From Lama glama (taxonomy: Eukaryota): a stretch of 64,000 nucleotides of DNA. The stretch lies in contig CM052817.1 of the NCBI GenBank assembly GCA_028534125.1, positions 64,172,001-64,236,000 of the forward strand, given 5' to 3'. The notes under the pieces were generated by a model. The model worked only from the letters and a program-made list of their open reading frames with translations, did not search any database and was not told the origin of the DNA. Below, one piece after another: positions 26,041 through 38,164 of this stretch (within the stretch, counting starts at the first letter, position 1; each line of letters starts with the position of its first letter). The position numbers and the translations under genes are program-made.

Positions 26041-29000
26041 AGGCTAGGTACTAAAGCGTCAGGATGTCCCTAAGACAACTTGTTCTGCTTACAGAGGCCA
26101 CGGCTACAGGATTCAGGAAAACGAAGTCTGGAGGATTGAAATGACTGGGGCTACCAGCTTTAACCCTCAAAGTTCAGAAAAACCCCCAACAGCCTGACTT
26201 GCTGACCTAGCAGACCTCCTCCGCACACAAAGACTTACTGAGCAGTTCGTGTGGACACCAGGCACCATGTTGGACTGTGAATACAATGAGGAGATAGATT
26301 TGGTTCATCAGGGGAGAAGATGAGAAACACTAATCTATTACAGTAAAGCAAACAAGTCAGGGTGTTAACTGAGGTATAAACAGAGTTATTGGAGGTCTGG
26401 AGAGAGATGACCCTGAGCTCTGGTCATCCTGGAGCAGAAGGCACCTGGGCTAGCAGAGCAGCAGCAAGAGGTAAGACAGGAAAAACAGAGCAGACCAGAT
26501 GGGAAGCGGCCTTAGACATTTTAATTTGTTACAACGTAGTAGATAAAGTTTAGACAGAAGATTGGCATGTTTGCTTTATGTTTCCATCTGGAACCAGAAC
26601 TATTGCTGGTAATTGTGATGAGTTCCCGGTGCTGGGAGACGGCTCCCCATGGGTGTCTGGTGTTTCTACACTTCTCTGAAGAACTTGTGTCTCCAACACT
26701 CTCTCCAGGGAGGCTGATGTAATAAACAGCCCTGTAAGATAGAGATGGTGTCTCCCTCTGGGGACAAGGCAGATTTTTGTACTGCACAGGATGATGACCA
26801 TCACGCCTCCCTCAGGGCAAAGGCAGGTCAGGATTGCTTACACACCCCCCAGTAAAGCTGGGGGGTCCCGAAGCTTGGCACTCCTTGGGGCACAAACCTA
26901 CTGTGCCTGCAGAAGCCCTCCTGAATCACTGTCCCTAAAGGGACTGGGGGCTCGAGGGACTGTCACACACACAAAACCCACAGCATCTGCGGGGCCGTGA
27001 GCGATGAAGTGCTTTGTCTCTGACCCAGGAGTCTCACGCCTCCTGCAGGCACTGGTGAGACCGAGGCAGGCTAACTTGTTAGCTTGCAAGAGGATAGAAA
27101 GGGAAAGTCCTGGTGCTTCAATTCGGACTAGAGAGACAGAAGAGGTCTAGGATACCTGTGTGGGGTGGAGATTGGAATCAAAGATGATTCTCGAATGTCT
27201 GCGTTGGGTGACGCGGCAGAAGCCAGTGGTGATGTGAACCAAAGGCAGGAACAAAGGAGGAGAAGCAGGCTCCAGCGAAGGAACGATGAGCTGGGGCCGA
27301 GGTGCGGAGGGGCTCCCGAGGAGGAGACGTTAGGGGCAGAGCCTTCACGACAGAGCCTGCTCCGCAAACAGCCCCCCAACCCCCAGTGCACCCTTCCGCA
27401 CTTCCTGAACTCACACATCATTGTGTCACATCAGAGTCCCCAAGAGACACCAACAACAGACTCCAAAAAAAAAAAAAAACAAAAAGAAAAAGAAAAAAGC
27501 GTGATTTATCCCAAACTTAGGGAATCAAATCTCTGGAGCTGGAGCCTGGGCACTGGAATTTTCTCAAGCTCCAAGGGTGGCCATTTACAGCACCAGTGAC
27601 CCAGGATGATCCCTCAACTTCCCTCCTTTTTGAGGCCACTCAGTTCTAACCTAGGGACCCACTATCACTGGCCAAGTCAACCACTGCAGTCAGAGCAAGC
27701 CGACCTCCTGAGCTGCTGACTCCAGATGTGGTCTCAGGTAGACATCTCCCAGAATGGTCAAGACCTTTCTGCCACCCTAACCTGCCTGGACTAGATTCTG
27801 ACCATCCCCTGCCACACCCGGTCCCCCATCCGCCTGATGGGAAGCCCAGACAGCAGGAGCCTCTTGCTGAGAGTCTGGGCCCTGAGCATCTAGAAAAGGC
27901 AAAGGGAGTGGCTGTACTCCTGAGGTGCACACAGCTTTCCACGTGTCCCTGTGACCCTTACAGACGTACACGGGTGCCCCATGACTTCCTCTTGTCTTGG
28001 AAGTGTCGGTCTCCCTTGCCTCTGCAGGACATGAAGGGTAGCCCTCTACTACAGCACACATACTCTTACTACTATTTGAACCTAAAAGTATGAGATTCGT
28101 GAGGGTCTCGGTTCAATCTGGCAGTCCCACAAGACTTTTTCTCAGCTTAACCTGGATGCCACCCCTGGCAACGTAGCTATTTCAAAAAACGGTTGGTTCA
28201 GAAATCCTGCAAGTCTGGGAAAAACTCAGAACTCATGAACAAAATCGTTTCTTTCAAGGCTTAACCTCACCCACATTTGCCATCCCTGTTTGATACTTCA
28301 ACAGCCTTGGGGTAGGGGGCGGGGAGCTGGAGGGGCCCTGGGAGGGTTAGGCACTTGCTGTGCTCAGGACACAGGCCTGAGCCCATCCAGGGGTGGCTGA
28401 CAGATGCCAGGATCAGTTCCTCTGTGAAAAATCCATATTGTGGGAAAGTAGAAATATTTTTCAGAATCAAAGTCCAACCCTTAGGTGACCAGATACTCTC
28501 TGCCCAGAAACAAAGGCATGCCCATCCTCTTTTGAGGATGCTTAAAGCAGCTGCCTGGTCTGGGTACCAGACACAGAGGCTCCCAATGCCATGGAAAAAA
28601 GATGCCACGCAAGTTAGTTCAAATTGATGAGTCCTTCCAGAGGGAATGCTGCGGGAGCGTGTAGAGGGGGCTAACGGGTTGCCTGAGAAAGCGATTTTAG
28701 GTGAGGTCCTGAAGCGTGAATGGGGTATGGAGAAGAAGAGCAGTTCGACCTTTTCTCCTTTGCAACATCGCCGTGGTGTAGGTATGATCTCCAGCTTGCG
28801 AGGGAGGCACTGAGGCCAGCAGAGAGAAAGCCAGTGTCTGAGGCCACACCCACACCGTCACCACCGGCTGGGCTTGGAGTGGCGCTTGGGTCCAACCAGC
28901 ACACACACAGGCTCGACTCTCTCACTTTCCCGCATAGGGGTTTCCCTTATGAAAGCAACCCGAAGAGCTTTCACTGAGTATCGATTGTACAATGTCCTTC

Positions 29001-29832
29001 TGACTTAGTGAATGACCAGACTCCCAAGGTCTTCCTAGAGACTGAGTCATTAAGGTGTAAGTTCCACTGTCCAGTTTGACTCCAGTTCTTCCCACAACAG
29101 CCAGTGAAGGAATCAACACCTCCTCCAGGCTTTGCTCTGCACTGTGGTGGAGAGTGAGCCCTGTCTTACTCTCTGTGCTTGTTTTAGTACCTCCCACTCT
29201 TTCCTCTCTGGCTCTAGAATTTAGTAGAATGTTTGATAGACACGAGGTTCAAAACACGTGTGCTGAGAATCCTCGTTACCAATTGTTCCAGGAAGCAGAC
29301 TCATGAAAGCATCAGTAGAAATTAAATTAGAATGTGAAGCCAGAGTCTTGAGATGATCACTCCTAAAATAGCCTGAGTACCCCAGAGAGCCACGTTCTCA
29401 TTCACGCTCTCACACACTCCGCGAGTGATGGGGGAGCACAGCTCTGCACCCCAAACCCTCCATGGTAATTTAATTCCCCCATCACAACAGACTGTGGTTT
29501 GTAGGGTAACTGGCATTCTATTTTGTTAGGTTAAAAAAAAAATCCAAATCTGGAGCAGATAAAACACATGAATTTTTCCTCTTCTGATTTGGGAGCAAAT
29601 CTTGACTTGAACAATTTTCACTTTAAAATTTAAATGTTACTGGTAAGGTATTCACTTGGTGGCACAAATTAGATGTTTTTAATCCTCTGATCTAGTCGTT
29701 CCATGAGTAGGGTTCTATCTATGTGCAAAGTCTCAGAAATGTGTAAGAAAGGTCACTGCAATGTTCTTTAATTGGGAAGAGCCTAAATTTCTAATAGTGA
29801 TGGGTTGGTTGATTAAATTACAGCTTGTCTAC

Positions 29833-30180
29833 ACCAGAAGTTCTTAGACTTTTTGGTCTCAGGACTCCTTTACACTTTTAAAAATGGTCAAAGCCCTGAA
29901 AGAGATTTTGTGTATTTCTATGTATTTCTATGAGTATTTACCATATTAGAAATTTAAAGGGAGAAATGTTTATACACAGAAATACACAAACACATGTTCC
30001 ATTAGAGTGATGACATCGCATCATCACGTAGTCTCTGAAAAACGCCACTGCACACTCAGAAAGAGTAACAAAAAAGAAATAATGTCTTACCATGTTATGA
30101 AATTAATTCTGAGCCTGTGGACTGAGAAAGTCTGGAGAAGCCCCAAAATTCCCTTGACCATATTTCGAGGACCCCTGATC
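29833..30180 (+). mobile_element. hAT-Charlie-type DNA transposon relic
   Basis: Starts cagaagttcttagactttttggtctcaggactcctttacac and ends gaccatatttcgaggacccctg (Charlie-like termini). Confidence 0.65.
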
Positions 30181-30619
30181 TACACGATAAAATACCATGT
30201 GACTAAAAATTCTTATTGTATAAAATACTCACTGACATCGAAAATGTGCTGTTTAAAAAAAAATGCAGGCTACAGAACAGTATAAACAATATTACAGACT
30301 TTAAAACAAGAAAGTAATGGAAACACACACACTAACATACCTCGAGACGGTGTATACCAGCATAGACCTCTCGATGGTGAAAATACAGATATTTCTTTTT
30401 CTGTTTTCCTGTGTTTTCTGCATTAAGCACATTTTCTTTCGTAATCAGAATAAAATGCATTTAACAAACATATACATATTGCTTATTCATAGTCACCCTG
30501 TATTCTCCTACCCAGACCTGAAAATTTCAGCATAGTAGTTTTAGGAGAGGTATGACCCAGAAATGTCAATGAGGTATTCATTTCGCACAGCTTTAAATCA
30601 GGCCTACTTGTTCACTGTC

Positions 30620-30925
30620 CTTGCCTCTCAAAGTGTGGTCTGCAGATGACATCAGTGTCACCTGGGAGCCTGCTGGAGCCTCAGACTCTCAGCCCCACTC
30701 AGGACCTGCTGAATCAGACCCAGATGATTGAAGATGAATTGTGACCCAGGTGAATTAAGACCTGGTGACTCATGTGCATTAAAGTTTGAGAAACCCTGGT
30801 TTGTGGCACATTAGAATTACCTGGGAGATTTCAGAACTGAAGCGGGGTACGGCCGCACAGTGGTTTGCGTCTCTGCTGAATGCTCCCGGGTGGTTCTAAT
30901 GGGCATCCAGAGCTGAGAACTACCA
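30620..30925. mobile_element. Two adjacent MER5-like hAT MITEs
   Basis: tctcaaagtgtggtc...acctgctgaatcaga...aaagtttgagaaaccctgg, then ttagaattacctgggag...gagctgagaactacca. Confidence 0.6.
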
Positions 30926-32249
30926 GTGCTGGACTGGTTAGACTGGGGAACTGCCCGCTACAAATGCAAGGACCTGGTCACCTCCAACCGCCACCTGCTT
31001 GAATACAGTGTCCCCCACTGCAACACAGTGATCTCCCTGCCAGCTCCCAGGTCACAGAAATTCCAGACAGTGGAACTGGATGCAGGAAACAGGTGGGTTC
31101 CAGAACAAGGATCAAATGTGACATTTCCTGTAGCCCTGCAGAGCTCTAAGGCCGTCTGATTTGCAGGTTTGTAAAGTTATGGTGACTTCTTGAGAGGGCA
31201 TGGGGAAAGGAGGCGGGTTGCAACTGTTACTTTATTTGCCTTCCCACAAAACCTTTTAATAGACAATTCTGGCAAACTTCCTGGAATGATTTTTTTTTTA
31301 AACAATCCCCATCAGATGGCAGGGGTTTAATACCTGCAGACACCGTCCAGCTTTACCCCAAATTATATTTTACATCAGTCACCTCTTCATTCATACTCAT
31401 CACCTCCATTACCAACCCCAGTCATCAAGTAGGTTTCTGACAGCTGGCTTGGACCAGAGCCTGGCCACAGCTCCAGGATTCTCCGTACCTGACAGTCTCA
31501 TGGCTTATCTGCCCTTCTCCCCACTCCTCCAGTCTGGAAGTCCTGGGGCCTCCCATCTCCCCAGCGCCACTCACCTCCTCACTCCTGCCCCGAGTGTCTT
31601 TCTCCACTCTCCCTTGGGGCCCCAGGCCAGGCCTCTCTTCTTCCTCCTCGTTTTCTTCCTTGACCCCAAGTTCTTCCCATCTCGCTGGCAACGCCTTGCA
31701 TGACGGCAGGTAAGCTCTTGGTGAAGTCTACATTTTCTCTCCTTCAGTTTACATTTCCTCAAAAATGTACGCAGAGTGCTTATAGCACAGTGCCTGGAAC
31801 ACAGTAAACTTTCAGTAATTGTGACCTGTGATTTCAAGGGATGGAAGATGCATTCACAGGAGCCAGCTTGCTGCCGGGGTTGGTGAACCATGGCCTGATT
31901 CAGTCACAAAGTAACAAGACTAAAGAAAGCACAATTGTAGAAATAGAGCTATTTTATTTATAAGACTTTAATCACTCTAACAAGTTGCATTTAAGATAGT
32001 TTATGTCAAAGAAATACAGACTGCTGCATGACCATTTTTAATCATAATGTAATAAGGCATTCCTTATGTTTAAAATACCCACAAAATATATCAAAGCTGT
32101 TTTCAAAGAAAGTAAAGCAGATACAGAGAGCAAGCCTGTCCCATGTTCGGGTGCACATGTTCAAATACACACTAATCACTTGACCAGCTGAAATTAGCAC
32201 GTGGTCCTACACTTTCCAGCCTGAAAACCAGCAGTAGACGCACAACCTC

Positions 32250-32680
32250 CAATAGCATCCTTGGGCTACTGTAACAAAATGCCACAAAGTGGGTGGCCAA
32301 AACCACAGAAGTGTATGGCCTCACTATTCTGGGGCTAGAAGTCTGAAATCAAGGTGTTGGCAAGGTTGGTTCCTTCCAGAGGCTCCGGGGAGAATCGGTT
32401 CGGTGCCTCCCTCCTATCTTCCATGACGTGTGGGCAGTTGTCTCACAGATGCATCACCCGATCTCTGCCTTCACTTCACACAGCATCCTCCCTGCGGGTG
32501 TGTCTGTGTCCAAATGTCCCCTTTTTATAAGAACACTGGCCTACTGGAGTAGGAACCCACCTAGTATGACCTCAGCTTAATTACATCTGCAAAGACCCCT
32601 CTTCCACATAAGGTTGTATTCTGAGGTCCTGGAGGTTAGGACTTCACATGAATTTCTGGAAGACGCAGTTCAACCTATAA
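32250..32680 (-). mobile_element. MaLR solo LTR (MLT1B/C-like)
   Basis: gggctactgtaacaaaatgccacaaa...ggctagaagtctgaaatcaaggtgttggcaagg...aattacatctgcaaagaccc...ttcaacctataa. Confidence 0.8.
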
Positions 32681-33311
32681 TCAACTCCTGAAACACAAGT
32701 TACAGTCGGGAACACTACCAGTCTTCACAGTCTTTAAAATCAAGGTTGCGAATTCTCAGCTCAAAAGCAGACTCCACAGGGCGATCCACATGGGTGCTTT
32801 TAGAGAAAATACAAGAAATGTCTAATCATGTCAGGAGAGTTGCTTCTTTTGAAGAGGAACTGAGATGTAAATCAGGGCCTTGGGTCACACAAGCCTCCGG
32901 AGCTCCCCTGGAGCGTGGGGTGCCCTTGAAGGGAAAGCGCAAAAGCTCAGTGCACCTCCCACCTCGCTGGGCATTTTGACAGAGGCAGTGCCTTCTGCGG
33001 GGCGGCAGATTAGCGGTTTCAGACCGTCACCTCCCCTTCTATAAACCGTGTCTGAGCCCAGGCAGGAGGGCAGCGCCCAGCTTTAACCCACACACACGCT
33101 GCAGTTCCCAGCAGCCAGATCGGACGGAGATGCCGACGGGAGCTTAACGCTGGCTCCCTAGCTTTCCAAAACAAGCTCTGTCATTTTCAGGAGAGTCAAA
33201 GGGATAAAACACCTACCCACCCCAAGCAAGCAACATACAGCTGTACACCCTTAAGTTTCTCCAAAGTGCAAGGACCTCCGAACAGACAGTGATTCCACCC
33301 CTACACGATCG

Positions 33312-33325
33312 CCACTAGAGGGCAG
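33312..33325 (+). promoter_or_regulatory. Candidate CTCF binding site
   Basis: CCACTAGAGGGCAG matches the CTCF core consensus CCASYAGRKGGCRS at every position. Binding cannot be shown from sequence alone. Confidence 0.55.
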
Positions 33326-35669
33326 GCCACTAAAACGTTCCTTTCAGACCAGTTGTTCCGCAAAAGCCGACACAGGATGACAAGCTCCCGCTTTGGAGCT
33401 GGTTCTCTCCCACAAGAAATGCAACTACACATTCCATGATGAGCAACAGCATGGGAAGCACTACCCTGCTTGCACGCGACCATTTTCTTTTCGGAGTAAA
33501 TTTACACAGTGGAAAGCCCAGGAACTAACCTGCTCTTCCTTGGCCCTGTCTTCTGATGGGAGTTCCTAGAAGTGGAGGAATAAGAAGCACTGGTCGGCGC
33601 AGGTTTGGTTTGGGTTAAAAGACACCAGGCTAGACTCACTCAGGCACGCACCCTCTAACTGGTGCCCAGGTCCCAGGAGAACTACTCAGCATGCGCACCC
33701 CGAGGAAAGCTGTATTTGATTCCTCAAATAAGTCTTAGAAACTATAATCGTATAAACTCTACTCTAATCGCAAACTCTTCCAAAAAAGAAATGGCTTGGG
33801 TCCCCATTTAGAGTTTGGCTTCCCTCCCCCTCGCCGACCCCGCCCAGATACATCTGCCTGTGGTGGTGTAGAGATTTTACCCTGTCACTGTGACAAGGCC
33901 AGAGCTGGAGTATTTCCAGGCAAGCGCTGCATTCTCCCTCTCGTTCAAGGACCAGGCCTCCCACTCCTGAGAAGGCAGTGATTAGAAGCAGCCCCCCCCC
34001 CCCCCCCCGGGCCTCACTACAGGGTGCTGGCCACCCACCCCCGCTGGCCAGTGTCTATGGAGAGGCTCTTCCCAGTTCTTCCTTGGAGGTCTCAGCAGGA
34101 TTTCCCTAGAGAAGGAGGGCTCCATGGAATAAATGACAAAGAGCTGCGGAGGGCCTGCCAGGTCACTGGCTCCTCAGTGTTTGGCCCACCGGCTTCCCAG
34201 GGCTCCAGTCCAACCCCCAGAAACGGACACCGAGAGGAGCCCCATGGAAGTGCGGGGCGAGTGCGCGCATACACGCACACACAGCACGTGGAGGAACATC
34301 CTGCATAATAAGAAAAAGCCACAGACACTTTGCAGAACCTCCTTCAGAGAAGGATGACCGGGAACTGAAAGGGAAGTCGAGGTTAATTCTCTGGGAGAAG
34401 AAAGAGGAGGAGGAACAAGGAAAGGCACTTCTTCTTCAAGTGCTTCGTGCTGTGAAATTCTACTTTTGAATTCCTACATACATTTTTAAAAATTGTTAGT
34501 TTTTTAAACCTTTTTTAAACCATGGAAGCAAAGGATGTTTGTGGGAACCGGTCAAACAATGGAGATAAAGAGAAATTAAATAATCCCCCTCCAAAGTCTA
34601 CCTTCCAAACATGGAAGAAACTTCCTGTAAGTTCGAGTTTTGCAGACAAAGCATCTTTTGACTTCCGAGCTGTGATTTTTCTCCTCTGTTGGTCCAGAGT
34701 TTGCTCTGAACAAGGAGGGTGATCCTCAATTACCTCCTGTGCATGGATAATCTCTACAGCACAGCTAAGAAAACTCTAGAAATAGGGATTGGTTATCTCC
34801 AGTTACCCCTGATAAATTTCCTTATCTTCGTTTTAAATATCCAGGGAAGTGAGGCAAACTGTTTCTCCAACAAGTATTGGGACACAGTATTCTCAGACCC
34901 TGACACTATGTGAACCTTAAACCTGTGCTTCCATTTGATCTTTGAAAAATAGTCTTTAATAGCTTGAAAGACAGAAGCCTTCTGCATTGAAAATCCACAA
35001 CGAAAGGACATTTACGTTGGTATTTTAATCTTAAAAACTCAGGAGAGGGGGTTTTAAGATTCCTGCTCTAAGGGACCGCTAGAAATTATTTTCTCAGAAA
35101 ATACCTGTGATTGCTATTAAGATTTACCTGGGACCATGGGTCCTAAATCTCACCGTGCATTAAATTTTCATGGGCGTTTCTTAAAAATACAGGATCTGGC
35201 TCTTCCACTCTAGAATTGCTAGGGACAAGGCCTGATCTGTATTCTCCACGGTCCCCAGGTGACTATGACCAGCAGACAATGATTTCAGGGACGGAGATTT
35301 CCTACGTCCCCTGCTCTGCCCATCTCTCATCAGTCTGTGTCCAGCAGCACAAAGGGATCTTTCTCTCCCCAGCCACAAAACATCCCTCCTCTCCTTCTCC
35401 CCTGTCAGAAAACCGGGCCATAGCAGGGCCTGTCCAAGTTCCTCCCAGACAAGCAACAACAGCACCGCCTGCGAACCTGTCAGAAATCGCCCTTCTCAAG
35501 CTCCGCTCTAGACCTAGATCAGAAATGCCAGGGATGCGGCAAACCCAGTCCTGTGTGTTTTAACAAGCTTTCCAGGTGATTCCAGTGCATGCTGGGGTTT
35601 GAGTACCACTGAAATTAGAGAACTGTACAATTTCGAAAGAGAAGTAATGAAGCCAAGACATAACTCCAT

Positions 35670-37822
35670 GTAGGGTAGAACCAAGTTTATTAATGACAGC
35701 CTTTATTACAACCACTCTCAAGTGTGAAAAATAAAGGGTGATTAATTAAAATTTAGAACTCACTTGGACTTGCTGTTTGGCCTTTCACTGGATGTGCCAA
35801 AGGGTAGGAATCTCGCCCGATTCTGCATCAACTGGTCAGGTGGAGTTCACTGGAGAATGAGGTAACCAACAGGACAAGAAGGCCAACTGGAGAGCTCAAG
35901 TCTCCACCACACTGGAATGACAGTGCAGAATGACCACAGTGGTGGGGGCAGAGGGGAAGTAAAATCTTACAGCCAGCAGATGGACTCCACATCTCTAAGC
36001 CTACAGACACGAAAACACAAACATGCAGTCAGACACACGCCCTCCCTCTGGAGACTAGAATTGCAGAGAACTTTTGTCCTTTCTCTGAGCAGACTGACAC
36101 ATTCATCAGCCATGGCGATGCAACGTGGGGCTGAAATGGAAAACCTTGCTAAGTTTCCACAAACTACGCAGGCTGGCTGCCCAGTTATGTGCTGCAAATG
36201 TGTCATCACCCTCAAATACGCCTGTGGATTTCCTGGTGTTCCACGGACTAATATCTGCTCCCCAGGAGAGCGACATCCTGGTAGACACCTGTTAGTAGGA
36301 AAAATCTGGGGGCAAAACTCGTCCCTCCCATCTGGAGTGGGGGGCGGGGCGGGGGCAGTGCCTGGAGGTGCACTTTCCCACCTTGTGTCACAGAACACTT
36401 TGCCCCCCTCCTGCTCTCCCCTCTGAAGTATTTGTGCTTTGTTACCAGGCTGATGGTGAGTCTGCACTAAGAGAACAGAAAGACCTCTGGCCATGCACTC
36501 CTTTTTGTTTTTTTTTGTTTTTTTAATAAAAACAAACTAAAACCAGAAGGGGGGGAAAAAAAGCATCAGAAGCCCTGTGATTGTATCAACACCATTTCAG
36601 AACTTGGTTTAATTCCATTTAAAGAGAAAGAGGGGGAGGCTGCAGAAGAGGCCACAATGATCAATCCCCAGACCCAGCAACAGACTTCCCGGTGGAGTCC
36701 GTGCAAGCATCAGCGATGGCGCAGCTGGTCCCTTCCCAGACTGGGAGGACACACCACACCTCTCCAGACTGTGAACCTCCGAAATAAACGCTGACCAGGT
36801 AACGTTTATAAAGGTTTGTGGGAAAGATGACAGGACAAAGAGCTGGTGGATTCAGATTCGCGGGTCATGCAGAGAGATTATAGAAAAAAATTAATATTCG
36901 AGCCAAGTAAGAGAAGACTTTAAAATTCAAGAGAAACTGTATCATAGCTTTCACTTTTGGAAGACAAAAAAAAAAGAGAAAGTAAGGAAGGAAGGAAAAC
37001 ATCCACAACAAAACAAAACCCCAGAGAATTCCAGAGTCCAACGACTAATTTGGTGGGCTGTGGTATTCAATACCTCTTCGTTAACCTCATTTTCTCCTCG
37101 GATTGCACTGATAAATAAAACTCAGGCCTACTTAGAAAAAAGATCTGTCCCACTAAAACTCAGCATCATGAAGTGTTCCAAAGCCCATGCCCAGTGCACA
37201 AAGAACACACAACTTCTCTTACACGGAGACACTCCAGGAGAGACCAGATGTGCCCGCCCAAGTTAACTTGTTGAACGTGGTCACAAAAATCTGAACCCAA
37301 AGGCAAGCTGCTTTCTTCTCGGGGTGACCGCTGTAATAGTTCCTTGAAATGTACAGTGACGGGATGCCCAAACCCCACAGCCCTCTTAGGAAAGGCGCAC
37401 CTCCTCCAGCCACAGAACAGAAGGCCGTGCTTTCAAGGCATGACGAACACCAGCAAGGCTGCCTCCCCCGGCCCTCCAGTCACCGAAGCAGAGAATGAGA
37501 CTTTTCCACAAATTCAGTACATCTGGGTCCCCCACCCTCCCTTTTTCTCTTTTGGTCAGTATCCAAACATCCAGAAATTCACGGCCACAGTAGAGATTCA
37601 CGGTGCAACGACTTTCATACTGGTTTTTGTTTTTTTAATTCTGTCAGTGAGCAGCATTTCCCAGTTTTACCCCCCAAAGAACGAGTTCTTGGCAGCTCCA
37701 TCAGGTGGGATTGCAGGGTGCCTCTGTGATTAGGGTCCGTGCCGCATGGCTATCAGCTCGGCACACGGTGGGGCAGGAAGGCTGGGTCTGTCCAGTGTCT
37801 TGATGCAGCTGTGGTGGGCGCT
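35670..37822 (-). other. TSPAN5: TSPAN5 3'UTR (~2.15 kb, end approximate)
   Basis: Repeat-poor stretch after the stop codon, ending at tandem minus-strand AATAAA hexamers. Confidence 0.75.
35686..35707 (-). terminator. TSPAN5 tandem poly(A) signals
   Basis: Plus-strand tttatt at 35686-35691 and 35702-35707, i.e. AATAAA twice on the minus strand. Confidence 0.75.
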
Positions 37823-37888
37823 CTACCAGCTGGCCCTGACAGCTTCAATGTCACTCACCAGATTCTGGGCCAGGCAAATCCCAAAAAT
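37823..37888 (-). CDS. TSPAN5: TSPAN5 terminal coding exon, ending in TAG at 37825-37823
   Basis: Acceptor ccttcccctctcag|. Translates IFGICLAQNLVSDIEAVRASW*, the TSPAN5 C-terminus as I recall it. Confidence 0.96.
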   Translation of the reverse strand: MFGICLAQNLVSDIEAVRASW

Positions 37889-37975
37889 CTGAGAGGGGAA
37901 GGAAAAGAGAGTCAAACAGAGGAACTCTGGGCTCTTCCTTGGCTACCGAATCCCGTTTTTTAAAAAATCTTTGAT

Positions 37976-38160
37976 TGTTTTTTTAATTGAAGTATAGTCA
38001 GTTTACAATGTTGTAACAATTTCTGGTGTACAGCACAGTGCTTCAGTTACATAGGCACATACATATATTCGTTTTCATATTCTTTTTCACCATAGGCTTA
38101 CTACAAGATATTGAATATAGTTCCCTGTGCTATACAGTATAAACTTGTGTATCTATTTTA
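37976..38160 (-). mobile_element. Short, younger LINE-1 3' end in the last TSPAN5 intron (sense to TSPAN5)
   Basis: ttttaattgaagtatagtcagtttacaatgttg...gaatatagttccctgtgctatacagta, the cetartiodactyl-type L1 3' terminus. Confidence 0.75.
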
Positions 38161-38164
38161 AATT

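Noticed and set aside
27128..29306. Dense cluster of short intergenic ORFs on both strands as a possible unknown gene
   Set aside because: Low-complexity S/P/G/R-rich translations typical of GC-rich non-coding DNA, with no consistent exon chain or domain.
35027..35061. Inverted repeat aatcttaaaa...ttttaagatt as a possible RNA hairpin or pre-miRNA
   Set aside because: Only a 10-bp AT-rich stem, too short for a pre-miRNA and plausible by chance.
35917..36494. Overlapping 169-aa and 175-aa ORFs
   Set aside because: They lie in the TSPAN5 3'UTR, have no recognisable homology and are consistent with chance ORFs in GC-richer sequence.
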